64,000 nucleotides of DNA from the NCBI RefSeq assembly GCF_037042905.1, contig NC_087251.1, forward strand, positions 4,962,001 to 5,026,000. The letters are read 5' to 3'. Origin of the DNA: Lytechinus pictus. Its lineage: Eukaryota. Made by a program: the position numbers and the translations under genes. Shown one piece after another: positions 13,596-26,695 of the stretch. Position 1 is the first letter of the stretch. Every line of letters starts with the position of its first letter. A model generated the notes under the pieces. The model made no database searches. It was not told the origin of the DNA and worked only from the letters and a program-made list of their open reading frames with translations.

Positions 13596-15269
13596 TTAAC
13601 TCCAAAAGCCAAGCCTTACATTTTGATCAACCGTTCTTGTTTTCTGAACTTAGATGCATTGTATTTGGTTCTTACAATTTAAAAACTTTTAACATGTATT
13701 GTCAACTACAAAACAACAAAATTCAAATACTAAGTGATTGATAATGGTGACTTAAATTGACTTTAATTACACTGTAGTAACTGCATTGATTTTTCATATT
13801 ATTGTGGTCTCTGTTTTACTCTTGTATAAAGGCGTTGAGGCGTTGGGGTATGTCTCCGGCTCCATTTTCTGGGAACCTCCCCCCAAAAAACAAAACAAAA
13901 AAACCCGGAAAACATGAAGGGAAAAGGAAAATAGGAAAGAAGGAATAAGTCTAGGATGTTTATCCTGATAAACAATCAAACTAGATACCACTTTTAAAAC
14001 AGCCAATAGCATGGAAGGGTAAGCCGTCAGAGTTGGCCTGCGATTGATGCTCGTTATACCCACAAGACACCCTTGCGGATATCTCTAAATATGAGAGATC
14101 TGTTTCTTTTTCTAAATATTATTTTTGAGTAGTGAACATTAATATCATAGAAATATACCAGCCATATATTGCCTCATTATCAAGATAGATGAAGCTTCGC
14201 ACTCATTTTTACCAATGACCCCTTGAAATATACTATTTTACATGTAAAATAGTTCTATGAAATACTTATCAGTCAACTGGAAATACTGAAATCGGAATGA
14301 ATTTTATTTACTCATTTCGTGGCTATCCGTGCCCCCGATCTAAAATGGAGTAATTTAAAAGTGGAGATGGGGAAGAATGGGCAATACCTATGGATGTTGA
14401 CCTAACGCTCTGTCTGTTAATTTCCATTGTAAACAGGTATGAGGGGTGAGTGAGTTCAATTCTCAATCATGACTTGGCAATATAACCAGTTCCACACAAA
14501 ACATGTAGTTATTCCCGATCTCAATGAACATGTTGAACTACCCCAATATGGGAGTGGAGAGCTCCTCGATATTTTCTAGGTTACATAAGTAATCATAAAC
14601 TTACTCGATATTCGTTGCTCCGATTCTGATTTAAGTCGAACGAGGTGAATTGTAATGAACGGTTGATTTGAAGGATCCAGCCACGACACTTTTTGTATTC
14701 ATAATTATATCACTGGGCCCAATACTGAAGTATTTTGTCTATAAAATTCACATATTTCTAGTCCCAATGGATAGGGTTACCCGAATCAAAGTTATTACCG
14801 ACCCATAATGTTCAATGTCGGTCCCTTTTAAGCTTTCGTGGAGGACCATTTGGATAGCCCAAATCAAGAGTGGTCAAATATTGCCACTGAATGCAAGGAA
14901 ACTCGTATGGCTGCTGGATGGTGAAACCTAGTTTACAGTCATGAAGATCTTTAAAAAAAATTAAGAAGTCTGTTTCTAGGGTGCAGTGTACTCAACTACT
15001 GAAAGATTTTAAAACATTTGATCTCAATCAGTGCTATACCATTGGCCTATTTTATTAACGATTTATGCTACTTTTATTGGTTCTTTTACGAACTATCTCA
15101 GATTCCATAATCAAGTTATCTAAGACACGAATGAAATAATTAAAGATTAAAAGAGAGGGTTACAAAAAAAAAGTAAAAAAAAAATCAATTTGAGACATGA
15201 CTTACTTTTCATATCCACACATATTTTTTATGGCTAATTATCTGTGTTATCTATAAATTAATATGACAT

Positions 15270-15577
15270 GGCGTTTCATAAAGCTGTCCATAAGTTGAAC
15301 ATATCTTTATGGCCCCTTCTGAAGAAAAATGATTGAGATTATTAACCGCTTTTCCCAGTTTTAACATAGCTGAAGTAAATTTCATTTTATACTAATAAAA
15401 CTTATCGATTTTACATTCAGATGCATGTTAATAACGTTAATTTTAATATACGAAGAATGGATTTAAACTTCAGCTGATATGGATGATAAAAATTACACTG
15501 AAACACCTGACTTGGCACCCAAATGAACTATTCTTTGTAATCTTATGAGTTAACTTACGAATAACTATATGAAACAT
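15270..15577. mobile_element. Decayed PIF/Harbinger-like MITE
   Basis: ggcgtttcataaagctgtccataagtt and aacttacgaataactatatgaaaca form an imperfect inverted pair, similar to the TIR at 43781. Confidence 0.4.
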
Positions 15578-16557
15578 TATTCTGGAAGGATTTAGTACCA
15601 CTTTACTTCATCCTCATATTTCCAAAGCAAAGTCTAAAAAATATGACACGGGGCAAACACAACATAAATTATGCATCTATATTTCTCAAATGTGAATTAA
15701 GTTCAGATGCTGATATATAAGTGATATCAATTTAAAGTATCTGTTATTTCGAAATTCAATACAAACAAGCTGAATACAAAAATAAATCTCATCAGTCTTT
15801 TTGTGTTTTTTTTTTATAAAAAGAGCTTGACTAAAATGGACACTAGATTTGATCACAATATTTATTACAAAATAACTGTTCATTTATATAATCATTTTTA
15901 TTGTAGGAGATAATATTTAGATAAGTTTTATCTGATTTGAACCATCGTTTATGAGAGCATGCAAATGTGTATATGTGTAAAAACTTTCCAGTACGAATAT
16001 CCCCCAGCTCATTTCATTCAACTTTTAATTCATCAGAAGTCAAATGTTATAATCATACTGAATGTCAGTATGATCACAACAAAGTATGTCTTCAATAGCC
16101 ATCGAAGCTTGGGATTGGCGTGGAATTCTTCTAACATAATGATAAGAGATTCGTATCTACATGATTTACACAGACATTACCTTTTATCTTAACTAAGTGT
16201 GATACTGGATATTTAGTCATTGTACTTTTGTAAGGATTTTGTTATAATTGAGTTGATTCGAGTGAGCACAAAATAGACATTTTAATCTGTGGTACTGACG
16301 CCACGGGTAAATCGGGCGTCTCGTTTGCCAGCATTTAACCCGCCTTCTTCTTACGGTGTCCTGTCAATGATATTTCGCTAGAATATGTTACGACTTTCTA
16401 GTAGTGATTAAGCTTTCATGTAATAATAATGTTAGAGACACAATTTGTTGATGAAAAAAATGAAGAAGAAAAAATTCCGGAGGTTAACCCGGTAGGGACA
16501 GGTCGGAAATTAATTGCTGTGAGGAACCATATATCGGTATACCAATGATTTTTTTTT

Positions 16558-16618
16558 TTTACATCTACCATTTTTACCTCTGTCATTTTTACGTCTACCA
16601 TTTTTACCTCTGCCATTT
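16558..16618. repeat. Short tandem repeat, 15/30-bp period
   Basis: tttacatctaccatttttacctctgtcatt followed by tttacgtctaccatttttacctctgccatt. Confidence 0.7.
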
Positions 16619-17459
16619 GACATTGTATGGTGTACAAGTCATGATCCTTTGGTTTATAATCATTAGAATTGTTATCTGTCATTGACCAAAAAAATCCACG
16701 AATACTTTGTAAAAAAGAATATTGTTTTATGAATGTCTCCTTAGTTCTAGTTTTGACAAAGACAAATAAACTTTAAGGAAAAAATACTATCTGAGCAATA
16801 ATGATTAAGATAACGAAATGATAAGATTTACGAAAATATAAGAAAATTAGTTTTCGAAAACCGAATAGTACAATTATTATCAAAAAACGGGATACTGTAA
16901 TAAACGTAACTATGTGATACAAAGTATCTATCTATCTTTCTTTCTTGCTTTTTTACTTCATTCCTTCCCTTTTTATTAATCCTTCATTTGTTTTGTTTTG
17001 TAAGGTCGAATGCTGTCCTTGAAAAGTGGAAATATGAGAAAGGGGTTTGATTAAACCTACTGAGTCAAGGTAAAAGAAACAGGCGCCGTCTGCTCGTGTA
17101 ATTTTACCTCTATCCTTTATTATGGTCTGCTATTCAAATTGAAAATGTATAAAGGAGAACATTACGCCAAGACGATATTCAAGCCCAAACTGTTTTTTCC
17201 ACCAAAATCGGATGGAGGGGAGAAGAGGGGGGGGGGGGGGGTCTCTTATTTCAATCCGTCTTGCTGGGAGTTTTAGACCGTGGCCATTTGGCTTGGGATT
17301 TGGGGGATGGTGTGGAACCGTTGATCGGACGCGCTTAGAGCACGCCTGGCCTTTTATTTCGAGGCTTGACTCCATGTTCAGTGAAATCCCGAGATGGTTG
17401 CGAGTGCATGGTTTCGATGCTGCCCAACCTCTTTCTCAAATCTTTCTCTCTCGAAAAAA

Positions 17460-18190
17460 AAAAGAATGAGTGAAGATGTGGAAAAGAATGAGGAGGATGA
17501 ATTAAGACTGAAGAAAAGAATATGGTAGCTAAATAAAGGAAAACTTAATGAAATTTTAAGGGAATGTGAGAGACAGACGATGAGAAAGATAGAGAATGGT
17601 GAGAGAGGGAAATTTGTAACGTTGGCGCAAAAATATATAGCGAAATAAAATGTGAAATAGAAACATTAGAGAAGAAAATTGTGTATAAGGTATACATGGA
17701 AGAATGCAAAAGGAAGAGTTAAAGAAGATTATCAAAGGGAAATGAAGTCAAGTATTGAAGGTACCAGAATAACGTTATAAGCGAGTATAACATGATTCGA
17801 GAATTAAAAAAATGCATTATGGCATATATTATGAGAGGGAGAGGGAGAGGGGGGAGGGGCTGTGGAACGGTTTTGAAAGTGTGTGGAGGGGGAAGGGAAC
17901 TGACGATGCAAGAATCACAATCAGATGGTCATTTTTACATATTCGTACAAAGTTTCGGGAAAAAAGTGGGGGAGGGTACTGAAGCCCCCCCCCCCCCTGT
18001 TTCCGCTGCACCTGGTAGAGAGGGAGAATGAGGGAGGGGGAGGAATAGAGAGGGAGAGAGATTGTTGCAGGATGAGAGGAAGAGGTACACAGAAGAGAGA
18101 AAAGGGGGACGGATAAGTAAGAGGAAGGAGCATAGGAGCACGCAGAGAGATAAAGAGAAATGTAAGCAAGGGAATAAAGTGAGAGAGTTT
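17460..18190. repeat. Purine-rich (GA) low-complexity region
   Basis: Strong purine skew on the + strand, interrupted by the MITE at 17855-18014. Confidence 0.75.
17855..18014. mobile_element. Decayed hAT-like GC-rich MITE
   Basis: Left end aggggctgtggaac and right end tttccgctgcacctg are imperfect inverted repeats of the CAGGG...CCTG type, with G-runs and C-runs inside. No TSD resolved. Confidence 0.55.
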
Positions 18191-18920
18191 GAAGTGACGG
18201 TGGCGGGGGGGGGGTAGTTGTTCACCTTGGCAATCAAGCTCCAAGGTCGTTCGATTGGGGCCAAGGGGACGACGAATGAGAGCTTGAACAAACATGGCCG
18301 ACGTAGGGTAAGAAACCCCAAGGTCGGGTCTACATGATCGACACTAGATGCTAAGGGCTTACAAGCACAAGGCATCATGGGTACACAACACCTTCTCCCA
18401 ACAGCAACCCACTCAATAGAAACACGCAATCAATTCCTTTCGTCACACGATCACATTTCAAAACCATTTCCAGGTTTTCTTCTAGATATAGTTTGACGCT
18501 TTTTTTTCTCTCTCTCTATTTCTCATCATCGCTTTTCCCTCCCTCATCTCTCGCTTTTATTTCGTATTTCTCTCTCTGTCTCCATCTTCATCCTGTCTTT
18601 ATCTTTATCCATCATCAACTACCTGTCAGTTATAAGATTGACAGCTCTCTTTGTATGAATTCACGTCATCATCATACATATTCATAAAGGTCGTGCTTCC
18701 TGTAAGGTCATCATAGTAACCGGTAGTGATATGGTAACACTGTGGCATAGTCAGGTCTGCAGTTATGATTCTCGTGGGAAAACTGTGAGACGCAGTATAA
18801 ATCGACGACACAATTTATCATGAGGTTGAAAATTGCATATTGAACTAATTTATACAACTTGGTTACATTTATATATGCAGCATAAAATATTATACTGTTT
18901 TTCACTGATATATAGGTGTA

Positions 18921-19071
18921 ATAATTTGACTGTCAAAAATAGGCAAAATTTTATTTTTTCGTTTCTTGCGACTTTCCTTCTCTAGGAATTAAGTTGTTTT
19001 TAGAATCAATCTCTCCTCACAATCATTTCGAATATACTTGATCGAATCGCCTATTTTGACAGTCAAAATAT
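18921..19071. mobile_element. Small inverted-repeat element (MITE-like)
   Basis: ataatttgactgtcaaaaataggc (18921-18944) versus gcctattttgacagtcaaaatat (19049-19071): one mismatch and one indel. Confidence 0.6.
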
Positions 19072-19460
19072 GTAATATGTAAGATCACTTAGTTTGTGGA
19101 AACTTATTCTGAAATAAGATTTCAAACGGTTAGATTTCCATGAGCCGCTAAGCAGTAGTTTACCATCTTAAGTAGATCGCAATATACAAACTTTAAAAAT
19201 ATAAAAGGTTTCCTATTTGAGAACATGTTCAAGAAAAGAATTTAATATTATGGAAAATTTTGACAGGTTAATTTCTTGTTTACATTTAATCAATAAAAAC
19301 CAAATCAATATTACATTATTTCCCATCCTGTCTATCTTAGGTTTATATTCTATCAAGAACAATATGTACCATATTAATCATAGACATGTATGTTTAAAAC
19401 TTGAAAAGGAATAATACGAATCAATCTGAAGCAGATTTTTTCTTAATTTATTACAGATAA

Positions 19461-19530
19461 TGGTGATGATGATGATGATGATACACAGTATTTGTAAAGC
19501 ACCATATATCTGTCAAAGACATTCAAAGAT
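19461..19530 (-). mobile_element. Decayed L2-type 3' tail ending in (CAT)n
   Basis: The minus strand reads tttgaatgtctttgacagatatatggtgctttacaaatactgtgtat(cat)n. Confidence 0.4.
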
Positions 19531-22417
19531 AATTAATGTTCAAAGTTATAAAAGCTAAAGCAACCATAAATAACATCAGTGAGGATGTGCAGCCGATGCA
19601 GCGCAGTAAGTAGGAGAGTAAAATACCCTAAGTATTAAATATGTTGTAGAAGCGCACTTCGGTCATTATGTGAAGAATGCTGTCTATTTTAAGAAGAATC
19701 TACCAATGTCAAATGAAATCTACAAAAATCATTGAAAATAGAGTCTGGATTCTAAAAATACCCCTCTGATTCTAATGTTTATATGATATCATTAATATCT
19801 TATATTCAAATGCAGATTATTACAATAAACAGTAATGATTGTAAAGCTTCCTATTTCATTAACAGGAAATTAAAATGAAAGTTGATATTGTCTCAAATTG
19901 ATGTTTTTTATACTTCGCTAGAATGTAGCATTAAATTGTTGTTTTTAATTAACAATCGACTTGACTAATCCGAAACACTTCCAAATATGCAGATGAATAT
20001 TGAATTCAATTTCAACTTCTGCATATATTATGTTGATTACATTGTAAAATCACCCTAAAACAACGGGGTAACAAATCCAAAGTGATTCTCTGCCGGTCAG
20101 AGAGATAGGTCTGCGTCCGTGGTTGCGACCGAGTACTGTAACAAGACCATATTTTTTTAATAGACAGTGACAAGCTTTTCGCCCTGCCAAATATTGAAAA
20201 TGAGTAGATTTTCAACGAGCAAATTTGAAACGGCCAAAATATGGAGCTATAGATCATTTTATCATTATTGGTGACATTCGGGAAATGAACTATCATGCAA
20301 ATATTTACATCAAACACATTACCAACATTTTGATAATTTTTTTAATGAAACGATTTAAGTCCATATACATGTATACCAAGCACTATGCGGGAATAAAGTA
20401 TGGGATTGAATCTGTTTCAAAATGCAATGATTTGGATAATATTCCCACCATCAGAGATGTTTGTTTTTTGGCGTTCAGTTGCAATAAAAAATGAATCTTT
20501 ACATTCTTTTAATTTCGTTTATATTCTTAATTTAAAGAATGATTAGGTGCACGATCATATGCCCTGCTTTTAAAACCAGGATTTATATATTATGAAAAAA
20601 ATAATAAAAAGGTTCAATGCAGGAAGAAAACGATGTGGAACCCATCTTTTTTTGTTCTTGTCGAGTTTTAATTTATTTGTAAATAAAATCAATGAACGCA
20701 TACCTCATATTTGTGGATTTCCTTAGAAAGTCATTCAAGGCACTGACATATATTTTGATGGGAACACTGAGGTCGGATGCATGTATGTGGAGATGGCTAC
20801 GTAAGAGTCGGATCTTCTTCAGCTTCAGAAATCAGTACTACTGAAGAATTCTAGATCAGTTAGCAAAGTGTCTCATACCGACTCGAGCTGTTGTCCAAAA
20901 TCATTATGATGTTTGCAAAATTCTTGGTCGTGATATTTACTTCCAAAACAAGTGACAGGCATAATTATCTGTCTTCAAATTGACTAACAGCGCCTGAATG
21001 TGTTTGCAAGTCCAACACGTAACGGACACGGTATATTTGCCGTCAGCCTATTGACAAAGTGTACAGTTAACCAGACCTTAAAATGCAGTTGGAAGAGTAT
21101 AGGTAGTACATAAATAATCAAATGAAAATATTAGGTTTTCAGTTTATGATGCGAGGACACTTTGCGCCCTGAAGAAGTCACAGTCAACATCTTAATGATC
21201 TTTTGATTGTGATGGATTTCACTGTGAATAATAATACAGAACGACATGTAACAGTTGTATCCGGACTCTTGCTCCGGAGACAGTAAGGGTACCAATACCG
21301 AACCCGGTCCAGGGCCCGGTCCTGTAGTGTGGTTCATGGAGGATGGGATGGGTGAATTGTTTATGTACACTATTCGAAAAAGGAACTATTCACAATTCTA
21401 TGACTGGTATTCAAAACGATGACCAGAACAATTATCAAGCAATATTCATTCGAGTGATTTTATACGGTTTTCCATTTATGCTCAATTTTATACTGTTTTT
21501 ATTTACGAGGTAAGAATGTTCATCTGTAAAATTGTACCCAATTTATATTACTTTGTATTATGTTTGAATGGAAATGAAATAAAGAATTGAATTGAATACG
21601 GTTCGGATCAATGTTACCCGGATATCCTCGTTACACTGAATTTGGACCGGATAACCCTGTCCCAAACAGCTCCCAAACAAATTGTTTTCGTTACCGCTTT
21701 TGTCTGGTGTTGACATTGTCTTAAGAATTGTTGAATAATTATTTTTATATAATTTTATCATTGCTACTATTCTGGAAAAGAGATAAGACAAATCGTAGGC
21801 GTATATAGGCCTAATATCTTACTTCCAAAGACATCCCCTAAAAGTAACAATAAATACATTTTTCAGATTATTGATGAATACTATTTAACATAGTTCTATA
21901 CCTGTTATTTTATTTCACACTGACTGTTCGTGAATTTTATGGGTATGATAATTATGATTCAAAGTGTATATGTTTATATAATGCCTGGCACAATGTGTTT
22001 CGGGATATTCAGTAGTATTAATAACATAAAATATGATTATATTCTTGAAGTCTAGATTACTAATTTCATCCATTTATCATTACAACCCAACGATCTTCTT
22101 CCTCCTTCTTGCTTTTGACAGACTGATGTGTTATTTTGGTTAACATAGCATTCAATGAAATCTATCGGCACATTTCAATATGTTCATAATAAAGAAATAA
22201 GATTAGCGCCTACAGCAACATTTTATTCATTAATATAGACATTGACCAACTATATAAGTTAGATTGTATACTTATCTTCAGTTAACCCGGCTTAAGTCGA
22301 GTAATTCAATTCTAATTTGTATGATTTTTTAATTTGATATTTCACCATGATAGTTATTACAAATTTCGTTGTAATGAGCTTTGTATATACTAAATATCTT
22401 TTTTTCTTTCTCTTTCT

Positions 22418-22637
22418 TCCTTCAGCAAGAAATTTATCCACACTGTGCTGCACTCAACCCAGGTGAGATGAATGGGTACCCGGTAGGAAGAAATTCCTTC
22501 AATGCTTTGAGCGCCTAGGTAGCCCAGCTAAAGCCGGGGTAATAATAATAGCAGGGCCCGCTGGGAGAACAGTTTTCGGAACTGAAGCGGCTTCCCTGGG
22601 TAAATATACCTGTATTATTATTATTATTATTATTATT
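22418..22637 (+). mobile_element. 5'-truncated SINE with LINE-like 3' stem-loop and (ATT)n tail
   Basis: Central block gcactcaacccaggtgagatgaatgggtacc is typical of invertebrate tRNA-SINE bodies. Nested 3' stem-loop at 22552-22598 and (att)n tail to 22637. No tRNA head is present. Confidence 0.75.
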
Positions 22638-23914
22638 CCAACGCAATTATTAGGGACCATTTGTATGTTATATGGTATACATATTAAATGAGTTTTCGAC
22701 AGACACGATAGCATGTATCAAGTTACCGAAAGGTTAAAATAATTACCATGTTTTCCAAATGAAGACCCATATACTGCGTGTTTCGTCACCACTATCAGAG
22801 AATATTATATAAATGAAAGAAAAAATTGAAGCCTTAATACTATAGCAAGACCATACTTTATCAAAATATGAATAATCCGTACTAAGAAAATATTTGCAAT
22901 ATAACAATAATCCAAGAATTAGATGTTGTTATTCGACACGTTCTTGTTCATTAAAAAAATAAAAGGAATCCAGCGAATTTTCATGATATTAATGAATCAT
23001 AACTGAAGTATAGACATTTCATATACCGATTGGTCACTCACTGTAATATCATCATCTATATTTAAGGATGTAGCCTCATGTCAAAGTCATGGTCTGGACT
23101 TGACTGGCAGATGTATGGTGGCCTCAAAGAAGCACGAAGAAAAGTAATGCGACACTTTAACGACGCGGTCAGTCATATTGGTCTGCCTATGGTCGCCGTC
23201 GCAGATCTACAGTAAGAAAAATGAGAAAATGAAGAGAAATAGGGAATAATAAAGTGAAAGTTGAAGGCATGATGTTCTTTAATTATGGTAGCTCTCCGAA
23301 TTTCATTTGGATTTCTTTCTGGAGGTGATAGACAGATAATTGTGTCTCTAATTGCCGTGTCAAAAGTAGAGCTCTAAAGTGTTGAACGCTACGTGACAGG
23401 GACTCAATGTTGTGCCTTTTCAAACGGAAAGGTCATCTCAGGAACACAATTTCACCGATAGTCAATTACACCGCCTTACCTCATGTAAGTTAGTTAAGAG
23501 GGACGCAGTCTTATTCGCCGCCATTTGCCAACGCCTAGCATTTTCTCTCCTTCCTCTTAGCGTAGCACCATTTTTAGTACTGCTCTTTGTATCTCGCCAT
23601 CTTGCAGTATTTGCACACTTTATTTGTCGTCTTTTGACTGAAATGGAATTACAAGATGGGACTGAAATCTCATTTCCTCATCTCAATCTAAGAAATGTCC
23701 AAGTCTACGTCGTTCTAAAACGAAATAAAGTGACATGGGTAGGCTGGTGATGAAAGCACATTGTCCAGACCAATCGGCGACGAAAACGAGAAAAAGGGAA
23801 AACGCGGAAGCAACTAGCTATATAGTCAAGATTTAACTACGTCCAAATCATATTGGAGACTTCATCGAGCAGTCAGAAATATAAAATAATATTTTTAAGG
23901 ATTTACAATTTCAG

Positions 23915-24887
23915 AAAAACAAGTGGAGCACCTCTGGCAGTCTCGCCTGCAATACGCGATTCAATATAGCAGCAGTAATGACTCTGAAAATGACTATGAA
24001 ATAATTATTTAAAAAAAACACCATTCATATAATATGCTACTACGTTCATTGACCCTAAATGACATTTGACCTTGATGAAGTGTCATTTGACACTTAATCA
24101 AGTGTCACGACTTGTGCAAGATAAGCAATTATACTGGATTACCCCCATGTCCACATTATTTTCATTCATAAACTATACTTTCAAAGTTATGATAGCAATT
24201 CAACAATTACCTACAACATTGCCAAAGTTCATTTACTTTTAATGACCTTCGACCTTGGTCATGTGACCTGAAACTCACACAGGATGTTCAGCGATACTTG
24301 ATTACTCTTATGTCCAAGTTTTATGAACTAGATTCATAAACTTTCAAAGTTACAATGGTAATTCAACAAATACCCTCAACATGGCCAAAGTTCATTGACC
24401 CTAAATGACCTGTGAACTTGACCATGTGACCTGAAATTTGCACAGGATGTCCAGTGATACTTGATTACTTTTATGTCTAAGTTTTATGAACTAGCTCTAT
24501 AAACATTAAAAGTTATGATGGAAAGTCAACAATTACCCCCAGCATGCCTAAAGTTCATTAACCTTAAATGACCTTTAACCTTGGCCATGTAACCTGAAAC
24601 TCGGACAGGATGTTTAGTAATACTCATTACACTTATGTCTAAATTTCATGAATGTCCGTATACTTTCTAAGTTATGATGACATTTCAAAAACTTAACCTT
24701 AGGTTAAGATTTTGATGTTGATTACCCTTATGTCCAAGTTTCATGAACTAGGTCTACATACTTTCTAAGTTATGATGTCATTTCAAAAACTTAACCTTAT
24801 GTTAGGATTTGATGTTGACGCCGCCGCCGTCGCCGTCGGAAAAGCGGCGCCTATAATCTCGCTCTGCTATGCACGTGAGACAAAAAA
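23915..24887 (-). mobile_element. HINE/DINE-1/Tsp/pearl-like non-autonomous (Helentron-type) element with internal tandem array
   Basis: A-runs at both ends (T-runs on the minus strand); left end aaaacaag; subterminal inverted repeats gtctcgcctgca (23940) and tgcacgtgagac (to 24881); partial terminal hairpin; (gcc/gtc)n microsatellite near 24820; internal 163-bp repeats. Confidence 0.75.
24044..24818. repeat. Tandem array of about 163-bp units (about 4 copies plus a partial duplication)
   Basis: Anchor gccaaagttcatt at 24221 and 24384, with variant cctaaagttcatt at 24547; spacing is 163 bp. The first unit is about 20 bp longer. Confidence 0.9.
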
Positions 24888-25680
24888 TGGAGAGATGTTG
24901 ACTTCGCTTCGGAATGTTTGCAATCTGCTACACAATTCATATTGTATTTTAAAACATTTCCATCTTTAATTATTATAGAGCTAACATACCACTTTCATAT
25001 GTTTCCTATGAATGTAAATAAGAATGATATTAATTGCCGTGTTACTGTTAATAAACCTGCTGTCAAAACAGAAATTTCTCGTATATTTCTCCTAAATATC
25101 TCTAAGGGCATCCTTCTTTTATCTCACAAAGCATTGTATTAAAAATAATTAAAGTAAACTATTTTGACCATGTAGCCATGCCATGCATACAAAAGAGATA
25201 TCTGTGCATTTTTAGAGTATGGTAACGTAAAGATAAGCGTTTGGTATAAAAAAAAAACCTTTGGTATGAAAGCTATGCATACTTGCTATCAAAATGGAAA
25301 AAAAAATGAAAATTGTACAAACATTCATTTTTAATATCCTAATTGATTTTATTAATCTGTTTTCGCATTTGGCTCCTGACGAAGAATTTCAGAGATCAGA
25401 AATTGGTCGCTTTAGCCCGAAATGGGTTATAAGAGATTGACCTATTCAAGTAGGGCCTACATGTGCATTCTAAACCGCCAAAATTATATTGATTATACAT
25501 TTATATACGGCATATCCAATTTTAAGTTGAAATCTCGTGGTAATCACAATCAAAGAAATCGATCGTTTTACTATTAACCGTCAAAAATGATTTTGGAAAA
25601 TGTGTAGCAAGATGCTGGAATAATTGTTCATATATTAATATCTTTTATCAAGCAACAATTGAATGGTTTTTCAGCTTTAA

Positions 25681-26695
25681 ATGGTTACTCCGGGCTGAAA
25701 TTGATGTGATTTGAACAGATAAAGAAAAGTGAGACAAATAAATTGAAAATTTGATTAAAATCGGACAAGGAATAACAAAGATATGACATTTTAAAGATTT
25801 GCATTATTTCGATGAAAAAGTTCTGTGTATTTCTTCATGAATATTCAATGAGCAAACTGATAATGTCATGTCCCCACCTGTTCTTTTGTATTTTATTATA
25901 TGAAATTACATTTATTCAAAAATTCCCCCAAGAACTAAAATACTTGGATTGACAACTGATTTAATGTATTAGGTTTTCATTGCTGCAACTTATTTTATCA
26001 TGAGGGAGACATATCATTCAGATTCGTATGGAAAAAATGAAATAATTACGATGTCATGTATTAATATAGAAAAAGAAAATTGGAGATGTGACAAATAAGT
26101 ATCAAGAAAAGTAATCATTCTCTTCAAAATTACCAGTGTAGGATTAATCTCGAAAAACCAAAAACAAATTTTATAAGGGACGGCGGTCTCTATATAGGTA
26201 TTCAATTATTAAATTTCCTTACCCGTCAATTAGATCAGTTAATGCCATCGACTCCTAACTCATCTGCCGGGGGGGGGGGGGGGCTAGAGAATTTCTATAA
26301 TTTCTCTTCGCACTGCGGTGTTACGTAGTTTTACTTATCATTGTTTTTAATTTTAATTATGTATGTTTTTTATATTATGTGTTACTGTAATACTTTTTAA
26401 TATTTTCGTATTGTCTCACTTTTACATGTTTTTTAATGTTCACGGAATTGCTGAAAAGCAGTCTGTTATGACTGAATGTAAGTTTTACCGTGATTAAATA
26501 AATACAATACAATACAGTACATCAGCTCACCTAATAAATATTCATGACGACGAGTATATAACAGCTTTCATAAGATATTGCTAAACTATAAAATTCAATA
26601 ACGGTATTTGTTATCAGATTTTGATGAAATTTTCAGCATTTTGCTGGGTGCATTTTTTTTTATTGGATATAAATATTTTCAACCCGTGTACCCCT
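25681..26695. mobile_element. TTAA-AGG (Kolobok/T2-type) MITE, third family, interrupted by an insertion
   Basis: TTAA (25677-25680) then atggttactccgggctgaaa; right end tttcaacccgtgtacccct. The right copy of the inner inverted repeat of 25830-25876 is split between 26081-26093 and 26520-26550. Confidence 0.7.
26094..26519 (+). mobile_element. 5'-truncated LINE 3' end nested in a MITE
   Basis: T-rich UTR-like sequence; terminal stem cacgg/ccgtg (26441-26492) enclosing cagtc/gactg; then aataaa and a (caata)n tail. Confidence 0.6.

Noticed and set aside
17130..18429. Cluster of the longest ORFs (up to 164 aa)
   Set aside because: These are translations of GA/CT low-complexity DNA and a MITE on both strands.
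23078..23218. 45-aa ORF MSKSWSGLDWQMYGG... ending at a donor-like ca|gtaaga
   Set aside because: No partner exon or domain identified; RNA-seq would be needed.
24044..24818. CRISPR-like array
   Set aside because: Whole units are homologous with no unique spacers, the context is eukaryotic, and there are no cas genes.
25370..25412. ctgacgaag...gaaa as another hammerhead
   Set aside because: Helix II register and helix I pairing are not compatible with the fold. The CTGAnGA matches near 32940, 48112 and 53450 fail likewise.
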